A stretch of 61,470 nt of DNA, filler included, from Globobulimina sp. (taxonomy: Eukaryota): NCBI GenBank assembly GCA_003354225.1. It is 21 parts of 21 records of this genome, joined end to end, with 100 filler letters (N's around TTAATTAATTAA, not from the genome) between each part and the next. Parts side by side here need not be neighbours in the genome. Positions count along the whole stretch, not along the records: positions 20,537 to 23,368 come from PIVH01004698.1; positions 23,469 to 26,300 come from PIVH01004699.1; positions 26,401 to 29,232 come from PIVH01004700.1; positions 29,333 to 32,164 come from PIVH01004701.1; positions 32,265 to 35,096 come from PIVH01004702.1; 16 more parts are not named here. One strand, 5' to 3'. How positions within the stretch are numbered: position 1 is the first letter of the stretch; every line of letters starts with the position of its first letter. Positions 21,981 through 32,786 of this stretch are shown piece by piece. The notes beneath the pieces are model-generated. The model was not told the DNA's origin. It ran no database searches and saw nothing but the letters and a program-made list of their open reading frames with translations. A program made the position numbers and the translations under genes.

Positions 21981-22556
21981 TTACACAACTTCCATTTGAA
22001 ATCCAGCACAAAATAAACGCGAACCATCACTGCAATGAAATACAATCGACCGTCCATACACCGCTTGTGGAGTCAATCTATCTTTACATTTACAGTACTC
22101 ACGTGCATTTACTTTGAAATGTGCTTTTAATTTCACATTTAAAATAATCCACATTTGGCTGCATACTGGCACAGGTCGGAACTGAGAACGGATTAAAATG
22201 GCCTTTACATAAGTATGCACAAATGGGATTGGATTTACGGATTTATGCATGGTATTCATACCTGCGGTGTGCTCGGCCCCACAAACATCAGAGCCTAATC
22301 GATCCTCAAAATCGCCATAATTCCATTGGTTATGGATGTGATATGAAAATTCTGAGCCATTATCTGCACATTGGGACGCGTCTAAATTGGACACATCCAA
22401 ATCAACAGTGACTTTTCCATTGGGCTGTATTGCCACTGTCCCCACAACGCCGTTATCTCCGTCGAAATATGCAACTGCCTCTGAGCATGTGTCACATTCA
22501 TTCTTACCACAAAATGCAAATTCAATTAAAACCAACAACGAAACTACGAATGACAT
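21981..22556 (-). pseudogene. Secreted Cu/Zn-SOD-fold (Cu-only SOD-like) gene with internal frameshift; intron 22203-22261
   Basis: Signal peptide, FSYHIH, C...TAG|HFNP after splicing, and GRSIVFH..GSRLFCA. The usual GDLSGK segment after KCEI is missing and the frame shifts there. Confidence 0.65.
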
Positions 22557-22627
22557 TTGAGTAGGCAAAGTTTTGTCAGTGCAAAGTTTTGTCAGTGAAG
22601 TCTTAATTTGTTATTTCTTCATCAAAC

Positions 22628-23368
22628 ATGGCAGAACCGTTGGAAACAGACACATTGAAAGCGAACACAGATGAGAAACAAGAAAATGTGGTAGCCAACG
22701 TAGTCGAATCAGATGAGAAACAAGAAAACTTAGATTCATTACAATTTTTGGACGGTTTAGATAAAGTATATATTCAGCAACCTTTTAGGTCCAGTGAATT
22801 TTGGATCGAGTCCTTGTGTTGTTGGGAAATACAAAACCGATGTTATTTTCCTTATTTTTCATAATTATTTTATGCACTTTATGTCTTACAAACAGATGAA
22901 GCTTATCGCATAAACGAAGAAACAAATACGATTTCAGCACTATTTTCATTGTTGGAAGATTCAGACTGCTGTGCTCGTCAGTGTTGTGGCAATATGAGAC
23001 CATTTACTTTGACAGCGCAGTTGCCTGACACCGACACAGAGATCAAATTATTTCGAATTGACAGACCATTTAGTTGCGGTTGGATCTGTTGTCCGAGCAC
23101 GTGTTTTTGTGGTAGGGCATGTGTTGGAGTCTATGTTGGCCAACAATATATTGGGTCAGTGCGGGAAATGTGCATTTGCTGCAATTGGAAAATAAACTAT
23201 TCAATCTATGATGCAAATGGTGGCGAAGTGTGTCAATTACAAAGATTCTGTGTGGTGTGTGATGTTGTGCAGACTGGGTTTGATATATTGATCGATGGAC
23301 AGGACACTGGAAAGCAAATAACCAAGTTATTCAGCGGGTTATTGAAGGAATTGTTTACTTCCAATGAC
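22628..23368 (+). CDS. Phospholipid scramblase (PLSCR family), 3' partial; intron 22842-22895
   Basis: L..LD.VYIQQ...E...WE.QNRY, EDSDCCARQCCG.MRPF, IDRPF.C, G.I.K.FSGLLKELFT.ND. Confidence 0.9.
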
Positions 23369-23647
23369 NNNNNNNNNNNNNNNNNNNNNNNNNNNNNNNN
23401 NNNNNNNNNNNNTTAATTAATTAANNNNNNNNNNNNNNNNNNNNNNNNNNNNNNNNNNNNNNNNNNNNACATCCATGATTTTTTGTATGTGTAATTTGTA
23501 TGATTCATTTAATTATTATGTTTTAGGATTTTTCAGCGTCAGAAGCAAACCGTTTCTGGTGACTGGTTGAAAACATGAGGCTCTTTGGTTGCACAAAATT
23601 TTTTCGAACAGCAAAAAAAAAAGCAGTACACTTATCGGAGAGCCTTA

Positions 23648-26300
23648 ATGGCGTTTCTTTCTGCATGCGTTTGGTTATTGTTTATCATACAAAGAAATCA
23701 CGGTACATGCACCACAAAACGTACTGCAACATGTTATTCCAAAGAGTTGATATATGAGTTATGTGTCTCAAATATCATTAAATAACAGCACACACGAATA
23801 TGTTTTCAATACTCAGTCCAAATACATTCACGTCATCGTCAACTATTCAAATAACCAGTTTAATTGCCTCCAGTGCTGAATATGAGTTGTATTTTTACAG
23901 CAATCAATACCAATGCACCACTCCAACACTAACCATTTATTATCAGCAAATTCCTTCATTCACCATTCAATATCATCAAAATTATGCAGTAAAAAGAATT
24001 CAATGTAACCCAGATAATGATTGTTGGCCTGCCGCATGTGTTACAAACTATATATTATCAAATCAAACAATTGCATCAGGCACAGTCTATCCAATCATAA
24101 TAAACGCATCGGCGGTCAATAATGAATGTAACACGCTCCATCTGTATGCCAATGTGACTTTATTTTGCTACAACAATGGTCCATCACTTACCGATTGGTC
24201 TCAACGTTAAGTCTCTACTTCCAAATGACAGAAAGTCACAGAATAGCATGTTATTTGTAATAATAAAGAAACAACCAACAGATTTAAATTATGGTATACT
24301 GAAATCACACACTATATAACCTACGGAGGTACAAACTCAATTTCTTTTTTCCTTATTTTTTTGATAAACAACTGGCAATGTCTTAATTGCGCATAGATCG
24401 TCCAATATATTTTGGCATCATTGGCGGTATATTGTTATGTATTTGTTTTTGTTGTTGTATTGCATGTATTCGCCAACATGGACAGCCAAAGAATGTAACA
24501 ACACATCCAAAACCAAAATATGTTAAACCAAAAAAGTTAAAGAATAATACTGTATCAATGGATACAAGTAAATTAATTACTTATAAATCATCAAACAGAT
24601 CATCTAAATATGAAGCTATTGAATACAATGAGTTACTGAACAAATCCGGCATCGTTTATTTGCAGACCAGATATTATGACGATAAGCAGTTGCAAAATAT
24701 TACCAAAGCCTGGCATGATAATTATAAGAAAGGCCCAAAAATCTTGTTTGGTGATAATTATGCAGATAAATATAGGCCAAAACATAAGAAGCAACGCAGT
24801 AAATCGGGCGGGCAAAGTAAAGTGATTGGGAAATATGACAGAAAATATGGATTTGGAATAACCACAACGTTCGATGATGCAAAAGAGCAGGGATTCAATT
24901 TTACAAATAAAAACTTTAGGAATTTGATAGCAAAGGAATTTAAAATGTTGCACAAACATTTAAAATTTGGTGATGTAATTATTCCATATCCGACAAAGAC
25001 AGATTTGCAAGAAAGACCGCAGAAATATTTCAAAAATGGAGATTATAATTCGAAACAGTTAATATTCCACAATCTGGGAACTGGCATTTCTTCCTTGTCA
25101 TTTCAGAATTTGTTAGTGGTTCAACAAAACATTGATAAATTAAAAAAATCTGCTTCTGCTGTTATTAAAGTGAAACAAAAGATGTATGATCAGCCATATT
25201 ATAGCGATGCAGAACATGACAGTGACAAAATTATTGAAGAAGAAATGGACCCTTTTTTGAAAAGTTTATCAGTTAAGTTTTGTTTTCATGTATTTGGTGC
25301 AGGTATAAAACAACTCATTTATTGCAGAGTGAAGAAAATGTGCATTCGGCAGCTCAGGGCGAGTTAAATCAATTTGTTCGCGGTTTATTAATATTTCAAA
25401 CAGCATGGTACAGTAAACAACAAATGCAGCATATTCGCGGTCAATGCAAAACCAAATCTGATGTTAGAAAGCTCGGGAAAATGGTATTTGGTGATAATGA
25501 CGCAGATAAATTTAGAGCGAAAAGCGCAAAAAGGCAATTTTTTGGAGGTCAGGCCAGCGTTGTTGGTGATTATGATAAGTTATTTGGATATGGGATTACT
25601 ACCACATTTGTTGAAAAGGAGTTGCCTGAAATTAATAATTTTATGTTGATGATAGATCAGCAATTTATACCATTACAACAACATCTGCTCAAAGGATATG
25701 ATGTCATCATACCCAAACCAAGAAAGCGCGATGTTTTGACAAATAAGAAAAATTACTATAAAAATGGTAAGCAAGTAATATTCCATAATATTGGCACAGG
25801 AATAGCGTCATTGTCATTTGAATACGTATTATATATTCAACATAAAATTGATGAATTAAAGAAGTATGGCCGCGGGACAGAGACTGTTAAATATTATAAT
25901 TGTGCCAACAATGATGGCCTGTTTGATGTAAATAAGCTTAATATAAATGAACATGAACCAGAAATATATCATTGTCCACTATGTTCAGAGGAACAGCATT
26001 ATTTGATCCATTTAACAAATTGTATGCATTCAATTTGTGAACAATGTTTACGAGGTTACATTTATCAGCATTTAATTTATGAGGATAACCCAACGGAGCA
26101 GAGATTTAAATGTTGGGCTGCGACTATTGGAAAATGCAAAGGTGAAATATGTTTAACTGATATTAGATATACAGATGATCGATGTCGATGTGAACAATGC
26201 AAAAATAATAATTCCGATACAGGCACTGATACAATTTTAGATGTCGAGAGATATAAACAGTTTGTTCTAATTATGAATGCTTTTAATACCAAATCAAAAT
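23648..26300 (+). CDS. Type I membrane protein with two tandem FGDN-domain repeats and a C-terminal RING-like finger (3' partial); introns 23703-23788, 24206-24268, 24329-24396, 25272-25327
   Basis: Signal peptide MAFLSACVWLLFII; TM YFGIIGGILLCICFCCCIAC; duplicated domain FGDN.ADK.R..GGQ..V.G.YD..G.GITTTF..G.DVIIP.P..IFHN.GTGI.SL; CPLC...CMHSICEQC...C...C. The second intron acceptor is inferred from frame. Confidence 0.75.
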
Positions 26301-26420
26301 NNNNNNNNNNNNNNNNNNNNNNNNNNNNNNNNNNNNNNNNNNNNTTAATTAATTAANNNNNNNNNNNNNNNNNNNNNNNNNNNNNNNNNNNNNNNNNNNN
26401 ATCATGTTATATTATATATC

Positions 26421-26531
26421 CACTGCAGTCACAACTATTGAGCTAATTTTCATTGTGGTGATCGGACTTCAACTTTTGGAGTTGTTCGCTCAGCACAATA
26501 AATTAGCTCAAAAATAGTTGTGACTGCAGTG
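26421..26531. mobile_element. 111-bp MITE-like element with CACTGCAGTCACAACTATT terminal inverted repeats
   Basis: Perfect 19-bp TIRs extending imperfectly to about 30 bp. Single termini of the same family occur at 28693 and 29619. Confidence 0.75.
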
Positions 26532-26791
26532 GTTTAGTTCAAATAAATATTTTTTGCGGAATAAATCCGACAATTTTATATCAAAGGCCTGCATTCTAAT
26601 TGCAAAGACCTATAAATTGTCTGATTTACGAACAAATCATATCAATCTTTATAATAAAGTCCTTGCACTCAGTCTAAAATTTATTAATAATAACTTTTGT
26701 AAAAAATGATATAGTTAACAACTCAAAATAACACTGGACGTCCGCAACTAAAAAAAAATAACAAACACATATAATAATATTAATATTAAAT

Positions 26792-28684
26792 TTAACGAAG
26801 TGAGATTGAATTAGAATGTACGGTATGTTTTTTTTGTACTTTATTATTAAACGTATTATTCATTAAATTCGTCTGTTGAATATGGGTAATATTATATATC
26901 CGCTCATAAATTGTCCCATACTCTGATGTTGTTTTAAATCTATTAAATATTTGATTCGATATACTATTCCATACTTCATACAACGCACTGTCATACAATC
27001 GAAATAAATCATAAACAACATTCACATTCTGATCGCCATACACTCCATACACCCCATCCACACCGGCTATTCTATCCATTACATCATCAGCCACTGAATC
27101 TGGCACTATCCGCGCCGGCGAATAGGTTCCCCCATCCACACCACATCCACCATCCCTATCCTTATCCTCTCCCACCTCCACTAACTCTGCTTCCTCCTCT
27201 TCATCCTCCTCGTCCTCATCCACATCCTTCAACACTATTTGGTGCATATGTCCAGCTCCAACGGCTACCTCCTCATCCATCGCATCATTGGGCGTAGGAA
27301 ATTGCATCGTTAACGGCGACATACTTCGAGCCCGAAAATACGAATATATAAACCTTTGACATTGATCGGAGATCCCTAACTGTAAAGCAGCTCCATCCTC
27401 AATATACTTATCATATAAATGCACTGCAAATTGATACACGCTCCAAACAGGCAAGCGAGGGTCGCACGGGATCTTCAACTTTTTAATATTGATCTGTGAT
27501 AATACCAATATATCACTTTGCAACTGCTGCGCCGAATTAATATTGCAATTATTTATAGTATGATCATTTAACACATAATCTAATTTCAACCATTCAGCGG
27601 AGCATTTGTCATATTCGTCCAGCACATTCATGCTCAACAATCTCTTTTTAATTTGTTGCTTAAACTGCAAGACTTCGATGAGAAACAACATTTTTTCCAA
27701 TTGCAACTCGTTCACTAAGTGCAATAGAAAAGACTCGAATCCTTGTTCTGTGTTCAAGATAGCAATGAGGTCATCGGTATTGATTTTCTGCGCGGCTGTG
27801 TCATGCGGAACAGTGGTGGACTGAAACTGGCCAATGGATTGGAACAATTTGTAATGGCGGAACTGCTTTAAAACCCAATTGGTGCCGATATAAATCACCA
27901 ATGTGTTGGTGATTAAAGATAAGATGGATAAGAATAATATTTGTTGGGTGGGATTGATTGTGTTGGTGAGTAACAATAAGTTGCTAAATATTTCAGAAAA
28001 TAATAATAAGGCGCCATAGACACAGATTTCGTATACTAACTCCTTACGAATGTTGTATACATCCAAGACACGTCTGAGTTGCGATAATAATATGAACAAA
28101 GTGAAGATGATGAATAATAAAACCACGCCGATTCTGAATAAGATTTGGTTGCTATCACTGGTGAAGAAGAAGGGGATGATGTCTAACATTATAATAATTG
28201 GCAAGAATATTATAAAAAATATGAATAAATAACAACATTTTTTGTTGCCAAAGATTTGCCGATATTTGATGATACAGTTTGTTTCCAATGGGTTTATTTC
28301 GCGCTTCCATATCCAAGAAGACATATTGTAATGAAAGGACCAGTCACTAAATAAAAACCAGACTCGGCAGATGAAAATGGCGAAAATTATCACGGAGGTT
28401 AGGTCATAGATAATGTCTATTATGGCTAAGGTGGAGGTGTCTTCATAGCCAATAATACCTAAAATTACCTCTAATGGGTCAATTACAAATGTTGCTACGA
28501 AAAAACATAATAAAAATAAAATGTTTGAAATTGGATGGCGATGCCGGAAATATTTTTCGTTCCAATTTGATTTGGATATGGAAATAAATCGATAGATGCA
28601 AAATGCACAGTATGGTAGCACTAATGCTGTAAATACTAAATAAAATATACTTCCATAAATAAATGAAGTATGTGACGCTGGCAT
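26792..28684 (-). CDS. 7TM-RGS fusion protein (AtRGS1-like architecture)
   Basis: Seven hydrophobic spans, DVYNIRKEL, then RGS motifs IL..EQGFESFL.HL..E...E.MLFLIEV..FK, LYDKYI..GA.LQLGIS, and F.RF..T.EY, with an acidic insertion. Confidence 0.88.
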   Translation of the reverse strand: MPASHTSFIYGSIFYLVFTALVLPYCAFCIYRFISISKSNWNEKYFRHRHPISNILFLLCFFVATFVIDPLEVILGIIGYEDTSTLAIIDIIYDLTSVIIFAIFICRVWFLFSDWSFHYNMSSWIWKREINPLETNCIIKYRQIFGNKKCCYLFIFFIIFLPIIIMLDIIPFFFTSDSNQILFRIGVVLLFIIFTLFILLSQLRRVLDVYNIRKELVYEICVYGALLLFSEIFSNLLLLTNTINPTQQILFLSILSLITNTLVIYIGTNWVLKQFRHYKLFQSIGQFQSTTVPHDTAAQKINTDDLIAILNTEQGFESFLLHLVNELQLEKMLFLIEVLQFKQQIKKRLLSMNVLDEYDKCSAEWLKLDYVLNDHTINNCNINSAQQLQSDILVLSQINIKKLKIPCDPRLPVWSVYQFAVHLYDKYIEDGAALQLGISDQCQRFIYSYFRARSMSPLTMQFPTPNDAMDEEVAVGAGHMHQIVLKDVDEDEEDEEEEAELVEVGEDKDRDGGCGVDGGTYSPARIVPDSVADDVMDRIAGVDGVYGVYGDQNVNVVYDLFRLYDSALYEVWNSISNQIFNRFKTTSEYGTIYERIYNITHIQQTNLMNNTFNNKVQKKHTVHSNSISLR

Positions 28685-28692
28685 TGTTTAGT

Positions 28693-28740
28693 CACTGCAG
28701 TCACAACTGTTGACTAATTTTCATTGTGGTGATCGGACTA
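28693..28740 (+). repeat. Second copy (one terminus) of the CACTGCAGTCACAACT element
   Basis: About 47-nt near-identity to 26421-26468, starting 8 nt from the 7TM-RGS start codon. Confidence 0.8.
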
Positions 28741-29618
28741 CTTTTCTTTTGCGAGGAAGAACTACGTTTCAAATTTTGCATAAGCCTTACGTTTTAAATA
28801 TACATTTTAAATTCCATACTTTTTTAATCAAGCAAACACAACACAGAACATTGTTCGACATTTACATTTTGATCAACCCCACTTGTTTGACAAAATTTAA
28901 ATAAACAATTAATAATAACGGATAAAAGAAAAGAATCACATTGGCAGTGTTCTGCCTAATGCCATTAACATTCAGTTGAATATTTTGAAACCGCTGGAAC
29001 TGGAACAAGAAAGGCATTGCAGATTGAATTTTGTCCAATTCCTTGCGGCAGCTGCATGCAATATTCATTTTTGCTGGAAATTGACGGGAAAACGCATGCG
29101 CACTGTATGTCAGAACTTTAATTCATTTCATTTCTCGCAAATTCGACATTAACACAAACTAAAATTCATGATCAAGCTTTTAGTATTCTGCTTTATCGCT
29201 ATTATTTGGAATGTAGTGAATGCTGCAAATTANNNNNNNNNNNNNNNNNNNNNNNNNNNNNNNNNNNNNNNNNNNNTTAATTAATTAANNNNNNNNNNNN
29301 NNNNNNNNNNNNNNNNNNNNNNNNNNNNNNNNCTTCATTGAAATCGAATTATTCCGTTATGTTTTATTTACCATTTGCTGCGTTTACGCGAGTTGTATAT
29401 AACGGAGCGGTGATAACAAAAGATGAGAAGTAGAGTTTTAAGGATTATTTTAATAGTTTAATTTCCCATGAACATAAACATATTTTTAGCTTCATTCATT
29501 GGCAAATCATTTCCCCTTTAAATAGAGAGACACATTTTTTAGTGTTTATAAAATATTGAGTCCTCCCTAAAATATGCTACACTCCATCACTACAATGCAC
29601 CTTGACCCAGATAAATAC

Positions 29619-29638
29619 ACTGCAGTCACAACTATTGA
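29619..29638 (+). repeat. Third terminus of the CACTGCAGTCACAACTATTGA family
   Basis: Exact match to 26421-26440 in a different contig, about 75 nt upstream of the peroxidase ATG. Confidence 0.75.
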
Positions 29639-29713
29639 CCCAACCAGGCTAACCACCACAAAGTCGACAATGAACATTTTGTCAAAACCTACTTCAATTA
29701 ACTTAAGTCAGTC

Positions 29714-30854
29714 ATGAAGATCATTTTATTGATATTGTGGATCACTTGCACAATCATTCTATCTCAATCAACAACAAGCGAGGACATTCAAACAGCAACT
29801 ACTGTCATTGAACAATTGCGTTTTGATTTGATTGCAGCATTCGACGCATCTGGCAAAGACAAACCATTATTATCCTCAACTGTTCGCTTAATATTTCATG
29901 ACTGTGCAGGTCCCCCAGAATTTGGAGATCTTGGTCTATCTCCTTCCATTTGCAACGGATGTCTTTCATTTGCCAATATTGGAAACGGTGGATTACAAAC
30001 TGGCGCAGTAATACCTTTAGAAAATATTTACTTTTCCTATGAAAATCTAATGTCAAGAGCGGATTTCTGGGCTGCAGCAGGTACAGTACATATACACATT
30101 GCCCCATATGCCAAATCTCCGTAAATTCTCTGCAAACCAAACCAAACCAAACCAAACAGCCACAATCGCCATAGAGTACGCCCAAGCATTGGATCCCTTG
30201 AATACCAATGATATATTACCAGCCATACCTTTTTATTTCGGCCGTCAAGATTGCTTCAGCTCACCCAACGGCGCACAAAACGCACCGTTTCCCAGAGCTC
30301 ATGATGGATGGAGGGAAACCATAACTTGGTTTCGACGATTTTTAGGATTCAGTACACAACAAACGGTTGCGATAATTGGTGCGCATACATTAGGTGCAGC
30401 ACATGCAAGTTTTTCAGGATTTGGTTCAAAACCTTGGGTGCGTCGGCCCTATGTATTGAATAACCAGTTTTATCGCGATATTATTGATTTGAAATGGAGG
30501 CCGGTGGAAGTAAATTGTGGTTCGCAGTTTGGGTGCAAATGGGAATGGCATTCGAAAAATAATGACAGAGCTCGAACATTGATGTTGAATTCAGATATGG
30601 CGCTATGGAATGATATTGATAGCTTTTTAAATACAGGAACTGGCCAAGTTACATGTGACTGGAAAACATGTCCACGAAATCCTGATACAAGAGATATTAC
30701 AGCGAGTTATGCACGGGATAATCAGTTATGGCTTAATCATTTTGCAGATGCATTTGACTTTTTAATTACTGCTGGATATGACAGGAATCTATTATTAGCT
30801 GTCCATGTTTCTCGAAACATTGTGTTATGTGATATATGTTTGTTTGTATGTTGA
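29714..30854 (+). CDS. Secreted heme peroxidase (peroxidase-catalase superfamily, APx/CcP-like); intron 30081-30159, 3' exon uncertain
   Basis: Signal peptide; distal TVRLIFHDC, SRADFWAAA, FGRQD, proximal IGAHTLG, NNQFY, MLNSDMAL. Confidence 0.9.
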
Positions 30855-31184
30855 CTACTGTATGTTGTTTGTATTTTGGTTTTAATTATACAGAGTCATC
30901 CCGCGTGTTGGAAGTGACAGTCATGATGGTCGTGGTGGTGGTGGTCGTCGAGGACGTGGTCGTTTTAGAGGTCGTTTTTAATTTAATATATATTTATATC
31001 TTTTTAATATGGAAAGACATAAAAACTGTGTTTGTGATTTTGAGTTTGATTGTTTTCCTTTGCATTTTATCAGTGACATAATAGTTTAGATTTTTGTTTA
31101 GTTTTTAATACTCATAAGTCTCATAACTTTCAAATAAAGTGGTTTTTTCGTCAGACAATGTTTTTTTTCAAAAACGTGTTTACA

Positions 31185-32051
31185 ATGGGCTTGTTGCGAG
31201 GAACCTACATTAGACTTTTTTTCGCAGCATCAGCATTTTTGTTAGGCCTAACAATAATTGTCACATTAAAGGCAACATATTACGAGACATCGAGATGGTG
31301 CTCAATGTCATGGTCCATTCCACAATACAATGAAATACGAGAATTCACAAACATACAACGAGCAGAATTACGCGCCGTATATCCATCCTCATATTCCATG
31401 TATCATCATTATCAACGCCAGCATCACTTTGTCCCTCCAAATGCGCAAAATCCAGATAGATCAGATGCAAATAATATGGACATTGCAACAATAGTAATAT
31501 TTATACCAGGTCAAAGTGGTTCGTATTTACAAATACGTTCAATCGCAGCTCGCATATTACAGCAAAAATATTTATCGCCAACAGAGCATACAATGGATAC
31601 TGACACAGATATATTATTTTTAACATTCAATTTTGGAAACGAATGGAGTTCATTGTCCTCAGCAATAATAACCAGACAAACCTCATTTGTTTATACAATG
31701 TTAACAGAATATTTATGCTTTAACCATACCTTAAAAGTATGCGATGATGCTCTAAATAAGCAAACAAACATAATATTTATTGGTCACAGTATGGGTGGCA
31801 TAGTAACCGCATCATTGATCAATATATTATCCAAACAGCCGATTGAGTCGCAAGCAATAACGTTACTCGACAGATATAATAGCAATATTTTATCACTTAT
31901 ACGTGGCATAATACTTATCAGTTCGCCAATAAATAAGCCACTATTTACGTTTGAGAACGAATATAAGAAATATTATAACCAAATCATAAAAGAAAATGAG
32001 ATTTATACATTAAGGTATATACACTCAAAGATTGAAAATTGCTTAAATTGA
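31185..32051 (+). CDS. PGAP1: PGAP1/Bst1-like GPI inositol-deacylase (3' partial)
   Basis: N-terminal TM, CSMSWSIP.Y, VIFIPGQSGSYLQIRSIA, lipase motif IGHSMGG, LISSP. Confidence 0.82.
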   Translation: MGLLRGTYIRLFFAASAFLLGLTIIVTLKATYYETSRWCSMSWSIPQYNEIREFTNIQRAELRAVYPSSYSMYHHYQRQHHFVPPNAQNPDRSDANNMDIATIVIFIPGQSGSYLQIRSIAARILQQKYLSPTEHTMDTDTDILFLTFNFGNEWSSLSSAIITRQTSFVYTMLTEYLCFNHTLKVCDDALNKQTNIIFIGHSMGGIVTASLINILSKQPIESQAITLLDRYNSNILSLIRGIILISSPINKPLFTFENEYKKYYNQIIKENEIYTLRYIHSKIENCLN

Positions 32052-32786
32052 CTATGCCCAACTAAGTGATTTTCGAGACCGTTACATTTCATGTCTCCAA
32101 TGTCTACACTTGTCTTTTAGATTGGCGATCCTAAATATGAATCTCATTAATGAATTTCGTCTAANNNNNNNNNNNNNNNNNNNNNNNNNNNNNNNNNNNN
32201 NNNNNNNNTTAATTAATTAANNNNNNNNNNNNNNNNNNNNNNNNNNNNNNNNNNNNNNNNNNNNATATTTTATTCGAGTTTGTTTTTGTATCAAAGATGA
32301 GGACATCAAAAATGTGAAACAACGGTTGCTAAAATTAAATGAAATATTGGCGCAATTACATCATAAATGAAAGGCACACACTTTTTTTTATATGACAAAA
32401 TTCAAACTTATATTGAACAATAATTAACAAAACACACTGTCAATGCAAAACTAGGCTATGGCTGCTGCTAAATCTCCAGCACCGACAGCTTGCAAAAAAC
32501 ATCAAAACACACAAAACATGCACACAAAACACACAAGAAAATTAGTTTTTTAATTTGAAAGGTTTTTATATGACATAGATATAAAACACAACTCTGAACA
32601 CAAACGTTCAGGATCGATGATTTTAATTTATGCACTGCAAACAATGCATGTTTATACACAAAAAATTATAAAATTAGAAAAAAGAAAACTAAACATCTTT
32701 AAAAACAGATTTCACGAACAAAAAAAGAACCAAACTAAACACAAACAACACTACACGTATGTACAAAACGCGAAATTGAATTTTAT

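Noticed and set aside
30894-30981. Possible RGG-rich C-terminal exon on the peroxidase (GRGGGGRRGRGRFRGRF)
   Set aside because: The best donors are phase 0 and would give SHPACWK-stop instead; the splice phase cannot be resolved without transcripts.
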